Source: Candidatus Poribacteria bacterium (lineage in GTDB: Bacteria > Poribacteria > WGA-4E > PCPOR2b). Taken from it: a stretch of 64,000 nucleotides of DNA. The translations under genes and the position numbers were made by a program. The notes under the pieces were generated by a model. That model was not told where the DNA came from and did no database searches. It worked only from the letters and a program-made list of their open reading frames with translations. Each line of letters starts with the position of its first letter. Position 1 is the stretch's first letter. Shown piece by piece: positions 9,520 to 20,050 of this stretch. Where the stretch lies: NCBI GenBank assembly GCA_965215015.1, contig OZ244042.1, forward strand, positions 1,792,001 to 1,856,000, given 5' to 3'.

Positions 9520-9785
9520 TAGGACTTACGCCGTTGAACCCTCGAAGCCAATACCCGAAAAGGGCGCGCAATGTTCATCGTTGGTTCAAAACACCCAGAC
9601 TCTAGCGCAACGTTCCGGGCGGATTGAGCCAGGATTATTGCTCCATAGTATCTGGTATTCTCTTGCGCTCTAGTCATGGTATCCTCACCCCCCTCTGGCC
9701 CCCGCAAGCAGGGGGACAGCATAAGGAGTATGTCTACTACTGGCGACGATTTATGGTCTATCGTGATGCGGCTTGAATGGCATTA
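9520..9785. repeat. composite of dispersed repeats (AGGACTTACGC-end element; CCCCGCAAGCAGGGGG element)
   Basis: 9524-9582 matches about 48445-48500 inverted; 9676-9785 matches about 32297-32407 inverted. Confidence 0.7.
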
Positions 9786-9853
9786 CGACAAACTCAAGTG
9801 CATAACTCCTAAGAATCAAGAGAATCCGCCAATCCTGACAAAGGAGTAGTCGT

Positions 9854-11266
9854 TTGAACGCTGAAGAAAAGTGTCTATTTATTAACAGTCAGATTCCCAA
9901 AGGGGGGCTCTTCACCGGCGAAAAGAAGACCGTCCACCCCGATAGCAATGTAACGTGGCGAATCTCGCCGGAGCCATTTTGGATTCTCCAAGAACACTTA
10001 GATTGGCTTGAGGAACTGGGAACACACCTATTGCGGTTCTACAAAGCCTGTAACTTACTCTACTCGCAGAGTGTACGTGGCATTCAGCCGGATTGGGTCG
10101 CAGCGTATCTTGATCAGGGGAAGCCTGAGTCTGTGATAGAACTCGGACGGATGAATCGGTTCAAGAGCCAACTACCACAAGTTATTCGTCCCGATATCTT
10201 GCCGACTCCCGATGGTTTTATTATCACCGAATTGGATTCCGTCCCCGGCGGCATGGGATTTACCGGCAGCCTAGCGACACAATATGCCAAATTGGACTAC
10301 GACATCATTGGCGGTAGCAATGGGATGCAGCTCGCTTTTGCGGAGATGGTCAGGTCGCTAGCGAAGGTTGAACACCCAACGTTGGCAATTGTCGTCTCCG
10401 ATGAATCCGCGGATTATTGGGACGAAATGAAGTGGTTAGAATCAGCACTGCGAGGGGTAGGCTTGGCTGCCCACACCATCAAACCCCGCGACGTGATTTT
10501 TACAGAAAATGCGCTATTCCTTGAATTAGATGAAGGAAAAATCCAAATTGATGTCCTCTACCGCTTCTTTGAACTGTTTGATTTGAAAAACATTCCCAAA
10601 GCAGAGTTGATGCTCTATGGTGCCAAAAGGCGAACGGTGGTCATGACCCCGCCCCCGAAGACATACCTTGAGGAAAAGTTGCTGTTTGCCCTGTTTCATC
10701 ACCCATCCCTCCAACCTTTCTGGCAAAGAGAACTTGGGAAGAAAACCTACCAGTTCCTACCGAACATTCTCCCACAGACATGGCTGCTCGATCCGCGTGA
10801 GCTACCACCACACGCTGTCATTCCGGCACTTGAGATGGATGGACTGCCTGTCACAAACTGGAAACAAATCATTCCTGTCTCGCAACGGCAGCGTGAACTT
10901 GTCCTCAAGCCATCGGGGTTCTCCGAATTGGCATGGGGAAGTCGTGGCGTTGCAATCGGACATGACCTTCCCACCGAAGATTGGGAACACGCAGTGGAAA
11001 ACGCATTGACCCGTTTTCATCAGACACCCTATGTCCTACAAAAATTCCACAGAGCGGAACGCCTCACTATGACTTATTACGACTTTGAGCAGGGGGCAGT
11101 TCAAAGAATGCCGGGGCGAGCGATGATTCGTCCGTATTACTTCGCAATGGGTGACAAGGTGCGCCTCGCTGGGATTCAAGCGACCATCTGCCCCGAAGAC
11201 AAAAAAATCTTGCATGGGATGGTTGATTCGATTATTGTGCCGTGTGCGGTTAAAACGGATATATAG
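9854..11266 (+). CDS. circularly permuted ATP-grasp / glutathionylspermidine-synthase-like protein
   Basis: IRPDI, TELDSVPGG, EEK, VLKPSG...WGSRGV and YVLQKF match CP-ATP-grasp motifs. Confidence 0.6.
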   Translation: MNAEEKCLFINSQIPKGGLFTGEKKTVHPDSNVTWRISPEPFWILQEHLDWLEELGTHLLRFYKACNLLYSQSVRGIQPDWVAAYLDQGKPESVIELGRMNRFKSQLPQVIRPDILPTPDGFIITELDSVPGGMGFTGSLATQYAKLDYDIIGGSNGMQLAFAEMVRSLAKVEHPTLAIVVSDESADYWDEMKWLESALRGVGLAAHTIKPRDVIFTENALFLELDEGKIQIDVLYRFFELFDLKNIPKAELMLYGAKRRTVVMTPPPKTYLEEKLLFALFHHPSLQPFWQRELGKKTYQFLPNILPQTWLLDPRELPPHAVIPALEMDGLPVTNWKQIIPVSQRQRELVLKPSGFSELAWGSRGVAIGHDLPTEDWEHAVENALTRFHQTPYVLQKFHRAERLTMTYYDFEQGAVQRMPGRAMIRPYYFAMGDKVRLAGIQATICPEDKKILHGMVDSIIVPCAVKTDI

Positions 11267-11333
11267 TTCTAGTTCAGGGGAGGCTTAAAGGATTGAGATT
11301 TACTAGACTTATTCTTTAAGAAAGGACATCGCC

Positions 11334-12155
11334 ATGAAAATAGTAACCATTCCAGCCAACGGAGAAATCCTTGATAAGAAAGACCCTTATCCCTACGGGT
11401 GGCGTGAAGCGATACGTACTTTGCCAGACGGAACAGAGGTTCTGGAACGGACCGCCCTGACACTTGAGGACATCCTTCACCCACAGGTTGGAGATTACCG
11501 AATGCACGATGAAGAACATGAACGATTCTGTAATTATCTCTACAACGTGCTATCCGCCCGGATTGCAGATGACCCGAATGCCGTGGTCTTGCACGATGTG
11601 CGCGTGGCGTGGGCACTGCCCGGTCTGAGAGCGCATGGGCCCGACATTTCAGTGATTTTTGACCTCCAGCGGCACATCAATTGGAGCACCTTTTCGGAGG
11701 GAGAGGAGGAAACCAAGCCAAGCCTGATTATCGAGATTGTCTCACCTTCAACCCGATCAGTTGATGTTGTCACGAAGGTTGACCACTATGAGAGGGTCGG
11801 CGTACCGAATTACATCATCGTGGATCGGTTTGAGCGGCGGGGGGTAATGGTACGAGAGTTGGTGGGATACCGACTCACACCGGGGGGCTATGAGGAATTG
11901 AGTCCCAATGCGGATGGCTGGCTATGGATTGAGCCTGTCAATCTTTGGATCGGCTTGAATGGCGAAGATTTAGTCTGCTATAATGAAAGCGGCGAAGCCA
12001 TCCTGGATTACGTGGGAGTGACAGCGGCCCGTGCGGAAGCGGAAACGCGGGCCACTGAAGCGGAAACGCGGACCGCTGAAGAAGCCCAAGCCCGCGCTGC
12101 GGCAGAGGAACGGATTCGCCAACTTGAAGCTGAATTACAGCGTCGTATACCGTAG
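11334..12155 (+). CDS. Uma2 (DUF820) family endonuclease-like protein with coiled-coil tail
   Basis: PDISV, LIIEIVSPST, K-x-x-x-Y-x-x-x-GV-x-x-Y; AEAETR repeats at the C-terminus. Confidence 0.85.
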   Translation: MKIVTIPANGEILDKKDPYPYGWREAIRTLPDGTEVLERTALTLEDILHPQVGDYRMHDEEHERFCNYLYNVLSARIADDPNAVVLHDVRVAWALPGLRAHGPDISVIFDLQRHINWSTFSEGEEETKPSLIIEIVSPSTRSVDVVTKVDHYERVGVPNYIIVDRFERRGVMVRELVGYRLTPGGYEELSPNADGWLWIEPVNLWIGLNGEDLVCYNESGEAILDYVGVTAARAEAETRATEAETRTAEEAQARAAAEERIRQLEAELQRRIP

Positions 12156-12180
12156 GTTTCCTCGAACGGAACCAGTCACA

Positions 12181-13143
12181 TCACTCTCTGCGATAAGGTA
12201 GGGCAAGCGCGGCAGGGGGCCTGGCTTGCCCGACAAATCCTGCCAACACAAGAAGCGTCAAAACATAAGGCAGCATCAGGAAGAATTGGTAGGGGATAAA
12301 TCCGAGATCGGCGACCGCCTGCAACCGGTCGGGTAGGGCGTTGGCAAGCCCAAACAGTAATGCCGCTCCACACGCCTTGACCGGATGCCACTTGCCAAAG
12401 ATAACGATTGAAAGCGCGATAAAGCCGCGACCGGCGGTCATCTCTGTGCTGAAGAATGGTACGTCGACTAACGAAAGATACCCGCCGGCCAGTCCTGCCA
12501 TGAACCCGCCAAAGAGGACGCATCGCGCCTGCAGCCAGAGCACACTAACACCGACCGTATCCGCCGCCTTGGGGTGTTCACCGCAGGCTTGGATAGCAAG
12601 TCCATGATAGGTGTGAAAGAGATAAAAATAGACAGCGGGAACAGCGAGAAATGCTATGTAGACCAACAGATTTTGCTGAAATAGGATGGGACCAATAAAC
12701 GGAATATTAGACAACAACGGAATATGAAGCGGCTGGAAAATCGCCACCTTCAGTGCATCCCCAGTTGCACCAAAGATGCGGCGGTACAACACCTCGACGA
12801 GTCCGAACGCCAAGAGGTTGATACCGGTGCCCGTCACGACCTGATCGGTCTTTAGCCGCAGACTTAAGGTCGCAAAGATACTGGCTAGGACCACGCCACT
12901 CAACCCACCCAACAGGATGCCGAACCACGGTGCAAGCCCAGGGTTCATACCTTGGATGTAGAAAGAACCGATCCAGCCGGTAAATGCCCCCAAAATCATC
13001 ATGCCTTCCAACCCGATATTGATGACCCCCGCGCGTTCAGCGATAATTTCTCCGAGGGCGACAAGCAAAAGCGGAGTTGCGTAGCGAACTGTTGCTTCGA
13101 GAATGTGTTCAATCATGTCGCGTGAAATTTTCTTTAAGGCCAA
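12181..13143 (-). CDS. nucleoside/sugar ABC transporter permease (BPD_transp_2)
   Basis: ERAGVINIGLEG, GEHPKAADTVG, GRGFIAL, LPYVLTL. Confidence 0.88.
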   Translation of the reverse strand: MALKKISRDMIEHILEATVRYATPLLLVALGEIIAERAGVINIGLEGMMILGAFTGWIGSFYIQGMNPGLAPWFGILLGGLSGVVLASIFATLSLRLKTDQVVTGTGINLLAFGLVEVLYRRIFGATGDALKVAIFQPLHIPLLSNIPFIGPILFQQNLLVYIAFLAVPAVYFYLFHTYHGLAIQACGEHPKAADTVGVSVLWLQARCVLFGGFMAGLAGGYLSLVDVPFFSTEMTAGRGFIALSIVIFGKWHPVKACGAALLFGLANALPDRLQAVADLGFIPYQFFLMLPYVLTLLVLAGFVGQARPPAALALPYRRE

Positions 13144-13149
13144 CGGTAG

Positions 13150-14388
13150 CTACGTCAGGGAGAGTGCTTCATCGATTTCGGCCTGATATTCGTAAACCTC
13201 GCCGTTTTCCACCTCGGCTATTCGTAGGGCACGCCCAGCCCTGGAGGACTCAAATATCGCGTAGAGTGCCGCCACATCCTTCAATCCGCAGATGCCATCA
13301 ACCTCAATTTTCCGTCCGTTGCGAATCGACGCTGCCAGCTCGTAATATTCGAGCGCAATCAGTTTCCAATCCACAGCGGGGTCTCCCGCGGAAACGCCCG
13401 ATGGAAAGAAATGTTTCGCCAGCGGCTCTAGGGAAAATTCATCCACGGACGCTAGAATCTCTTCTTGGTTCATCGTTTCCTGAGTCCTTCGCTGCATGCT
13501 GATCCTGCCGCCGCGTGTGCCAAAGCCATTGATGCTTCCCCCATCACCAAAGATGAGTTCACCACCGCAACCACCGTGCCCGCTAAGACCGACCAGCCAG
13601 TTGACAGTCGTCCCGTTCTCCATTTTAAACATCGCCAGCGAGGTGTCCTCTGCCGTTGCTGGAACCTTCGCTGCCATCGCCCGAAAACGGTTCTGGTAGA
13701 AGGTATAGGTGTCGCCGATGCTGTCAGGCTTTTTTCTTACTGGTTCAACCAACTCCACATCCCCGTAGACTTCCGCTATATCCCCAAGTTGATACCGGAT
13801 CATGTGAGTGAAGTGAACCGCCATGTCGAGGAGGGCTCCGCCGCGTTCCTTAAGATGCCGCCAAGGCGTGATGAAAATCCTGTCCCCCGGACTCAACGAA
13901 TGGAACAACGCCATATAAGGTGCCCCGATTGCCCCCGTCTCCAACAGATAGCGGACGAGTCGAGCGGAGGGATCGCGTCGGAAGTTCTCCGCCACCGACA
14001 GATGACGGTTGTTTCGCGCTGCGGCTTCAATCATCTGCCGGCACGCCTTTACCGTAATTGCCATCGGTTTTTCCACCATCACATGAAGTCCCAAGTCTAG
14101 TGCTTGACACACAACCTCATGGTGTACCGACGGATCCGTCACTACATCTACAGCGGTGAGGTCGGGCACGGTGCGGGTCATCTCCTCCAGGTCGGTGAAA
14201 ATCTCTGGACTGACACCCATCAATTTCTCCGCTTCTAGCGCGGCAAGCTCGGCATTCTCCCTGCGAATATCGCACACGGCACAGAGCTCCACGTTGGAGA
14301 AAGGGCTTTGCGCCAATTCCCGCAAGCCATACAGATGCCGCGTCCCCATCCCACCGCAGCCCACCAGTCCAAGTCTGATTTTGTCCAT
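13150..14388 (-). CDS. Gfo/Idh/MocA family oxidoreductase
   Basis: GCGGMG Rossmann motif, VEKPMA, LLDMAVH. Confidence 0.88.
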   Translation of the reverse strand: MDKIRLGLVGCGGMGTRHLYGLRELAQSPFSNVELCAVCDIRRENAELAALEAEKLMGVSPEIFTDLEEMTRTVPDLTAVDVVTDPSVHHEVVCQALDLGLHVMVEKPMAITVKACRQMIEAAARNNRHLSVAENFRRDPSARLVRYLLETGAIGAPYMALFHSLSPGDRIFITPWRHLKERGGALLDMAVHFTHMIRYQLGDIAEVYGDVELVEPVRKKPDSIGDTYTFYQNRFRAMAAKVPATAEDTSLAMFKMENGTTVNWLVGLSGHGGCGGELIFGDGGSINGFGTRGGRISMQRRTQETMNQEEILASVDEFSLEPLAKHFFPSGVSAGDPAVDWKLIALEYYELAASIRNGRKIEVDGICGLKDVAALYAIFESSRAGRALRIAEVENGEVYEYQAEIDEALSLT

Positions 14389-14402
14389 GACTCCTCCGCT
14401 AG

Positions 14403-14924
14403 CTACGGGGTATAATTTTCTAAATCCGGTTCGATAGCCAGACCTTGCTCCAGATCGAAATCGACTTCGACCGAGTGCGCGTGATAGTCCTGATCACCAC
14501 GAACCGTTTGGTAGACATCGGTGCCCTCCACACAAATAGGCATGGTATGCCAGACCTTAAGCCCCAAACAGACCCCCACACTCCCATCCGAATAGAAGGC
14601 GCGTACATCTTCAGCCTCTAGGGTATCCTGTACAGGACCGACCAGAAAGACTGTTGGCTGGTGCAGGCTTGGGTAGAACGCCTGACCGGCGTCGGTGTGA
14701 AAGGCGAAGTGTGCTCGCTGCAGCCCTTCGGAGAGCGGCGTTTTTTGGGGTTCGGCGTCCGCGGATATCTCAGAAAGGGCCGCGGTTACGGGATATGCAG
14801 CTGAACGGAGTCCCCCTTTTGCGATTTCTGGTTTGGCCTCCTCAAACGATTCAATGACCTCTCCGAACGGCGCGAAGGCTTCAGGGGTCAACGGTTCAAC
14901 TTTGACTTTGAAGCTTTTCCACAT
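14403..14924 (-). CDS. ureidoglycolate lyase (AllA)-like cupin
   Basis: EPLTPEAFAPFGEVI, H-x-x-x-x-Q-x-F-x-P, VWH; start moved to the ATG after GAGGAGG. Confidence 0.65.
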   Translation of the reverse strand: MWKSFKVKVEPLTPEAFAPFGEVIESFEEAKPEIAKGGLRSAAYPVTAALSEISADAEPQKTPLSEGLQRAHFAFHTDAGQAFYPSLHQPTVFLVGPVQDTLEAEDVRAFYSDGSVGVCLGLKVWHTMPICVEGTDVYQTVRGDQDYHAHSVEVDFDLEQGLAIEPDLENYTP

Positions 14925-15062
14925 GGCTTTATCCCTCCTCAAGTTATCGCCTATTGATTTTGTCCAACGATTCTTTGCTTTGAAAAGATACCCGATAGAA
15001 TTAACCACTAATGGCGCAGGTTGTGGGTAGGAAACAACAATCGTCGTTCCCTACTATTTTTG

Positions 15063-16070
15063 CTATAGCCGCATTGTCGGTGGCAAGCCAAATTCTTGGG
15101 CGATTTGATTGAGTCGCTCAATATCTACGAAACTGATAGGTGCACCATCGCGCTTGTATTCCTGTTCCCTGCGAGATTCAGGGGTGCCGGGAAGCGTTGC
15201 CTCATCGTAGCCTCGTAACGGTGCCATAGTTTCCCGTACTCCACGCACCAAGTTATCGACTCCGGCCCGAAATTCTTCTGGATCAGTGAATAGCCCTATA
15301 TCCATAACCACAATCAAGCCCCCGGCTTGTCCGCGGGGCCATTTCGCTTTTACCGCTTTCGCCCGTGCACTGTCTGTACCAACAAAGGGCCCACCGAGCC
15401 CCCTAGCGACGCCGGTATAACCCATAGACTTGAAAAAGGCAGCTGGAATCATTGACTGCAAGGCATCAAATTCTTCACCACGCTGGTAATCAGCGAGGAT
15501 GCAGGTTGCCATGTCGGGAATAAGCGGCGGTTCGTTCCCGCCGGGCAAGCCAAAGCAGAGCGGGGGATTGCCCCAATAGGCGGAAGGAGGGCGGTTGTTT
15601 GGGTCCGCTGGACCAAATTCACTTGAACCGCCCTGAACGGAAAAGGCAGTACATCCTGCCTCCATCGCCCGGCGAACGTAATGCCCTGCCGAACCGTAGT
15701 GGCCGATGTGACAGGTCGCGCCAACAGCCACGCCGCTCACCTTTGCCTTGGTGATAGCACTTTCAGTTCCCATCATCATAGGCGCATACCCCAAGCCACC
15801 ATCGCCATCAATCAGGATAGCGGTCGGAGTTTCTTTGAGGACTTGGCAGTTGGGGTTGGGGTTAATCAGTTTGTCTCGCAAGCTCTCACAATAACCGGGC
15901 ACCTGCCGGAGACCGTGGGAGTGCACCCCTCGTAGGTCGGCGTTGGTCAATAATTGGGCGAGTTGCTCCGCATGATCCCCGCGTAAGCCTGCGGCTTTGA
16001 AACAGGCCCCAGCGAAGGCTCGCAGCTGTGGTTCTGAGATGCGTTTGGATTCTGTGGGGGGACGGTTCAT
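15063..16070 (-). CDS. Ldh_2 family (malate/lactate/ureidoglycolate) dehydrogenase
   Basis: ADLRGVHSHG, DGDGGLG, HYGSAGHY, GNPP, DMAT. Confidence 0.85.
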   Translation of the reverse strand: MNRPPTESKRISEPQLRAFAGACFKAAGLRGDHAEQLAQLLTNADLRGVHSHGLRQVPGYCESLRDKLINPNPNCQVLKETPTAILIDGDGGLGYAPMMMGTESAITKAKVSGVAVGATCHIGHYGSAGHYVRRAMEAGCTAFSVQGGSSEFGPADPNNRPPSAYWGNPPLCFGLPGGNEPPLIPDMATCILADYQRGEEFDALQSMIPAAFFKSMGYTGVARGLGGPFVGTDSARAKAVKAKWPRGQAGGLIVVMDIGLFTDPEEFRAGVDNLVRGVRETMAPLRGYDEATLPGTPESRREQEYKRDGAPISFVDIERLNQIAQEFGLPPTMRL

Positions 16071-16081
16071 TGTATATCCTC

Positions 16082-17251
16082 CTATCCCTTTTGTTCTTTC
16101 TCATGTAACGTTTTCATAACTTGGTGGTGTCCCATACCCTGATTTCGCAGCTCGGCATAGGCTTTTTCGTCAATGGCATCGCGCTTGAGAAAGCCACGGA
16201 TATCGTATCTGCCCGGTTTTTCCACCGGCAGCTTGCCCTCACCCACCATCAACTCCAACGGATAACCCTCCTCCTGTAGGGGCAGGTGGATAACACGATG
16301 TTGTCGAGCAGATTCGTAGAGTGCCATCATGATTTCCACCGTCGCGCGGGCTTTTTTGCCGGTGCCACGGTGTTCGGGACCGCCCTCGATCCAGGCTATA
16401 AGTTCACGCACCTGTGCGGCGTTGGTCCGCCCGCCGATTGCTTGAATTTCTTCTGCTTCTACGCGCAGGGGCACCTGTTCCCAACCGTTGGAGTTGGCGT
16501 TAAACAGTCTGACCCGTGCTTCGCTAACATCCAGCATACCCTCGGTGCCTTGGATGAGAAAACCTCCCGCCGCTGCACCCTCCATGCACAGGTCAGACTG
16601 TATAAAGAGCTGCAGCCCACCTTCCATCTGCACCAGGGCCATGCAGCGGTCTTCGATCGGCGTATCCCTCTCATACCGATCTGTATCCCGCTCTACCGCT
16701 CCCATTACCCAGAGTGCTTGCGGATCCCCCAAGACGAAACGTGAGCCATCAATTGCATGTGTACCACAATTGAGTAATCCCTGCTGAATCTTGCAGTTTA
16801 CCCAAACCGGATCGCCGATAGCCTTCTGTTGAATCAGTTCACCTGCCTTCTCCCAACCGGGCGTAAAACGTCGCTGATGGCTGATTATCAACTTGGTGCC
16901 GCTCGCCTCGCACGCATCAACCATACTGTTTGCCGCGCCTAAGCTGGTCGCCATCGGTTTTTCGCAGATTACAGCTTTGACGCCGGCTTGCGCCGCTGCG
17001 ATGGTCGGTGCTGGATGGAGCGGATGCCAAGTGCAAACACTGACGATATCTGGCTGCGCTTTTTCCAGCATTTCTTCAACAGTGGAGTAGCCCTGTGGAA
17101 TGTTATACTTTTCCATATATTCCTCGCGGGCGACCAACAGCGGATCGACGACGGCTACCACTTCCACATTGTCATTCAAACTATAGCCATCCATGTGGGC
17201 ATTGCCGATAGATCCACAGCCGATAATTGCTGCAGTATATTTTCTAGACAT
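16082..17251 (-). CDS. Gfo/Idh/MocA family oxidoreductase
   Basis: GCGSIG, CEKPMA, HQRRF, GTHAID. Confidence 0.88.
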   Translation of the reverse strand: MSRKYTAAIIGCGSIGNAHMDGYSLNDNVEVVAVVDPLLVAREEYMEKYNIPQGYSTVEEMLEKAQPDIVSVCTWHPLHPAPTIAAAQAGVKAVICEKPMATSLGAANSMVDACEASGTKLIISHQRRFTPGWEKAGELIQQKAIGDPVWVNCKIQQGLLNCGTHAIDGSRFVLGDPQALWVMGAVERDTDRYERDTPIEDRCMALVQMEGGLQLFIQSDLCMEGAAAGGFLIQGTEGMLDVSEARVRLFNANSNGWEQVPLRVEAEEIQAIGGRTNAAQVRELIAWIEGGPEHRGTGKKARATVEIMMALYESARQHRVIHLPLQEEGYPLELMVGEGKLPVEKPGRYDIRGFLKRDAIDEKAYAELRNQGMGHHQVMKTLHEKEQKG

Positions 17252-17301
17252 CTACTGTTTCCTTTCTATCTAGGGGAAACGCGTCCGCGCAGCTACGCTA
17301 A

Positions 17302-18054
17302 TTATGATTCGTGGAGACACCTCGGCAGCTTTCGCATCAATCGCTGCTCGCGTTCCGAGAACCCCGCCCAGACATATTCAGGAATCGGGTTCCGTTCCCG
17401 GTGTTCTCGCTGCATCCAGCCACGAAGGCAGGCAAATACCGCAACGGGACGTGGGGTGTCTGTGCGATTGGGTGTTCCTCGGTGCAGACAGCGCGGGTCT
17501 CGGATGAGGACATCCCCGACGTTCATCAGTAGCGGTTCAAGCGGGATCTCACCATCTTCAATCCGTCGCAACGCCTCCGTTTTTGGAAGCAGATGTGTCC
17601 CACGTGCGACCTCAAATGGTCCGTGTGCCGATGTAACATCAATAAAAGGGAAATTCACCGCAAGAATCGCAGGCGGATGTTGGAAATCGGGCTTTTCAGG
17701 GAAGAGGGGACCAACATCGCCATGAATTTCCTGATACACCGAACCCTTGAGCGGCGTATCGCTGGCGTACTGATCGATCGCGAAATCCTCCCCTAGCACT
17801 TGGCCCGCGATGGCGATAACCGTATCGTCGTCAAAGAAGCAGGGATCATACAACGGCGGCTCGAAAGGGAGTGTGATGTAATGCCTCGCTGGCCCGCGGT
17901 TTGGGTCGTCCCTATGTTCTGCGACATAATCGCGTAAGATTGGCGCAAAAGCTTCGTTGCAAACTTCAATAGCAGATATAGGAAACTGATCTCGCAGGAT
18001 GCAGAAACCGTCTACCAGAATTTGCTCCACCTTTCCCTGAACTTCCACTGACAT
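17302..18054 (-). CDS. phytanoyl-CoA dioxygenase (PhyH) family protein
   Basis: H-x-D (IHGD), GTH, HRGTPNRT...PR. Confidence 0.85.
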   Translation of the reverse strand: MSVEVQGKVEQILVDGFCILRDQFPISAIEVCNEAFAPILRDYVAEHRDDPNRGPARHYITLPFEPPLYDPCFFDDDTVIAIAGQVLGEDFAIDQYASDTPLKGSVYQEIHGDVGPLFPEKPDFQHPPAILAVNFPFIDVTSAHGPFEVARGTHLLPKTEALRRIEDGEIPLEPLLMNVGDVLIRDPRCLHRGTPNRTDTPRPVAVFACLRGWMQREHRERNPIPEYVWAGFSEREQRLMRKLPRCLHES

Positions 18055-18084
18055 TGTGTGATTCTCCTTGTTTCTTTCGTGCCA

Positions 18085-19093
18085 TCAAATCTGCGTCCGT
18101 CCCTGATAGATGAGGGGATGAACAATCCCAATATCCTCAATAGCAGCATTGAGGTCGCCCGGGAGTGCCCCACGAAGTGCAGCAGACATATTGAGTTCAA
18201 CCTCCCGGAGATTACTGAAACCAACGACGATGGATTGTTGCCTTTGCTCTGAAAGCATCCACCGGATGCAGAGTTCTGCCATGGGCATCCCAGCATCCGC
18301 ATGAATATCAAGGAACCTGAAATAGGATGCTTTGAAAGTCTCGTCCATCCAATCGGGAGGGCTCTCCTGCCATGCGTCTTGGGGAACAGCAAGCCAGCCT
18401 TTCATCAGCGGGGCACCAATTACAACGCCCACCCGTAGGTCTTGAGCGGTCGGGAACAGGAACTCAACGGCGTTCCTAAAGACCGGGTTGAATTGATGCG
18501 CTGTCATGACAGAATCAACCTCAACTACTTTCAGTATCCGTCCCAACAGGCGTGCATTTTTAGCTGTCAGCCCTATAAAACGCGCCTTACCACTACGCTT
18601 TGCATCTGCGAGGAATTCGACCGCTGGCGCATTAGAGAAGTTGTAGTTTCTATCATCCTCAATGAGTGCGCTCCAACTCCCCTCATTTTCACCATCGGGC
18701 ATATCGTCAGCCCACCACTTCAGAAAGTCTGCCTCGTGGATTTGAATAATGTCCACGTAATCGGTCTGAAGCCGCTGGAGAGAACCCTCGAATTGTTCCA
18801 TAAGCTGGGCGGCACTACGGTGCGCTTTCAAACTATAACGTTGGCGGTTTATAAATCCCACTTTGGTGGCAAGAATGACCTTATCCCGCTTTCCCTTCAG
18901 GGCAGCACCCAGCATGGTCTCATCCCTGCCGTCCCCGTAGTTTGCGGATGTGTCGAAATAGTTCACGCCGCGATCAACCGCATAGTCCACGCAACGATTC
19001 ACACCCTCCTGCCCCCTGACCTGCCATGAAAGCAGAACCAAGACCGAGCGCGCTGACATTGAGTCCTGTCTTACCAAGTATGCGTGTTTTCAT
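18085..19093 (-). pseudogene. aldo/keto reductase with an apparent +1 frameshift in a G5 run (19012-19016)
   Basis: ATG 19093 gives MKTRILGKTGLNVSALGLG, out of frame with the body (YFDTSANYG, ILATKVG, SLQRLQTDYVD). Confidence 0.75.
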
Positions 19094-19201
19094 TTTCTTT
19101 CATTTTCATTCAATAAGCAATTAAATGTGAATCTCGTATTGATTCGCCCAGGCCCTTCGGACGTGGAAGGACAAATAATGACAGCTTTCAAGAGAGGATG
19201 T

Positions 19202-19591
19202 TCACCTAGTCAAGAAATCACAGAAATTCTGCAAGACCTCCGTCATCTGCGGGGTAAATGCAACCGTATCAGGATTAGCAACATACATGGAATGAAGTAA
19301 ATTTGCCAGATGGGTTAAATGGCGAATCACAGAAACACCTTCCGTGTAGGACATATCGGGGATCGAAAATTTTTGATGCCACTGTTGAATTGGTAGGTCG
19401 CCCGGCGTCACGTAAAGCGTTAGCCACGCCCACCCCTGATTCAGGTTCCAAGCCAGCTCAATCCACGGATTCGGTTCATAGGCATCAGCAGGAACACGCC
19501 GTATCCCTTCGGGAGGGATGTCGTTGGGATTCCGAAATTCCGTCCCTGGTCCTGCAGCGGGCGCGGCAGCGAATGGTCGATTTGTATCCAT
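19202..19591 (-). CDS. hypothetical protein
   Basis: 129-aa ORF, co-oriented and 18 nt from the upstream gene. Confidence 0.5.
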   Translation of the reverse strand: MDTNRPFAAAPAAGPGTEFRNPNDIPPEGIRRVPADAYEPNPWIELAWNLNQGWAWLTLYVTPGDLPIQQWHQKFSIPDMSYTEGVSVIRHLTHLANLLHSMYVANPDTVAFTPQMTEVLQNFCDFLTR

Positions 19592-19609
19592 GTATCCGTC
19601 ACTTTACAG

Positions 19610-20050
19610 TTATTGGTCGCTACCATGGGTTTGCATTTTGCGAAGAACAACTTTGCCGGGACTCTTGATTTTCAATGTCTCTGCCAGATATCCTTCGTTA
19701 ATAGCAATTTTGAGCACACTCTGCTCTATGCTGAAACGTACCAAATAATCTCCGACCGGTACATCACCGTAGTTTTCAACGTAGAGACAGTTGATTTTTT
19801 GCCCATCTTCAAATTCGACTGTGATAGCATCTTTTAGATTCCAGCCGATTGCAGTAAATGCGGCGGGTTTAATATCGGTTACGACGTTGGCATGGTTGTC
19901 AATCGCCGTAATTTGCCCCATAATTTCCTCATGGGTCACCTTTTCGGCTTTTGCCATACCCTCCTCTGTGCCTGTCTTTCCACTGCACCCCATCCATAAC
20001 ATTGTCCCAACCATCAAGGTCAGGGCATAAAACAAAAATTGGTGTTTCAC
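19610..20050 (-). CDS. lipoprotein resembling the C-terminal domain of DUF62/SAM hydroxide adenosyltransferase
   Basis: lipobox-like WMGC; GQITAIDNHANVVTDI, YGDVPVG, LKIAINEG; RBS AAGGAG. Confidence 0.6.
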   Translation of the reverse strand: MKHQFLFYALTLMVGTMLWMGCSGKTGTEEGMAKAEKVTHEEIMGQITAIDNHANVVTDIKPAAFTAIGWNLKDAITVEFEDGQKINCLYVENYGDVPVGDYLVRFSIEQSVLKIAINEGYLAETLKIKSPGKVVLRKMQTHGSDQ

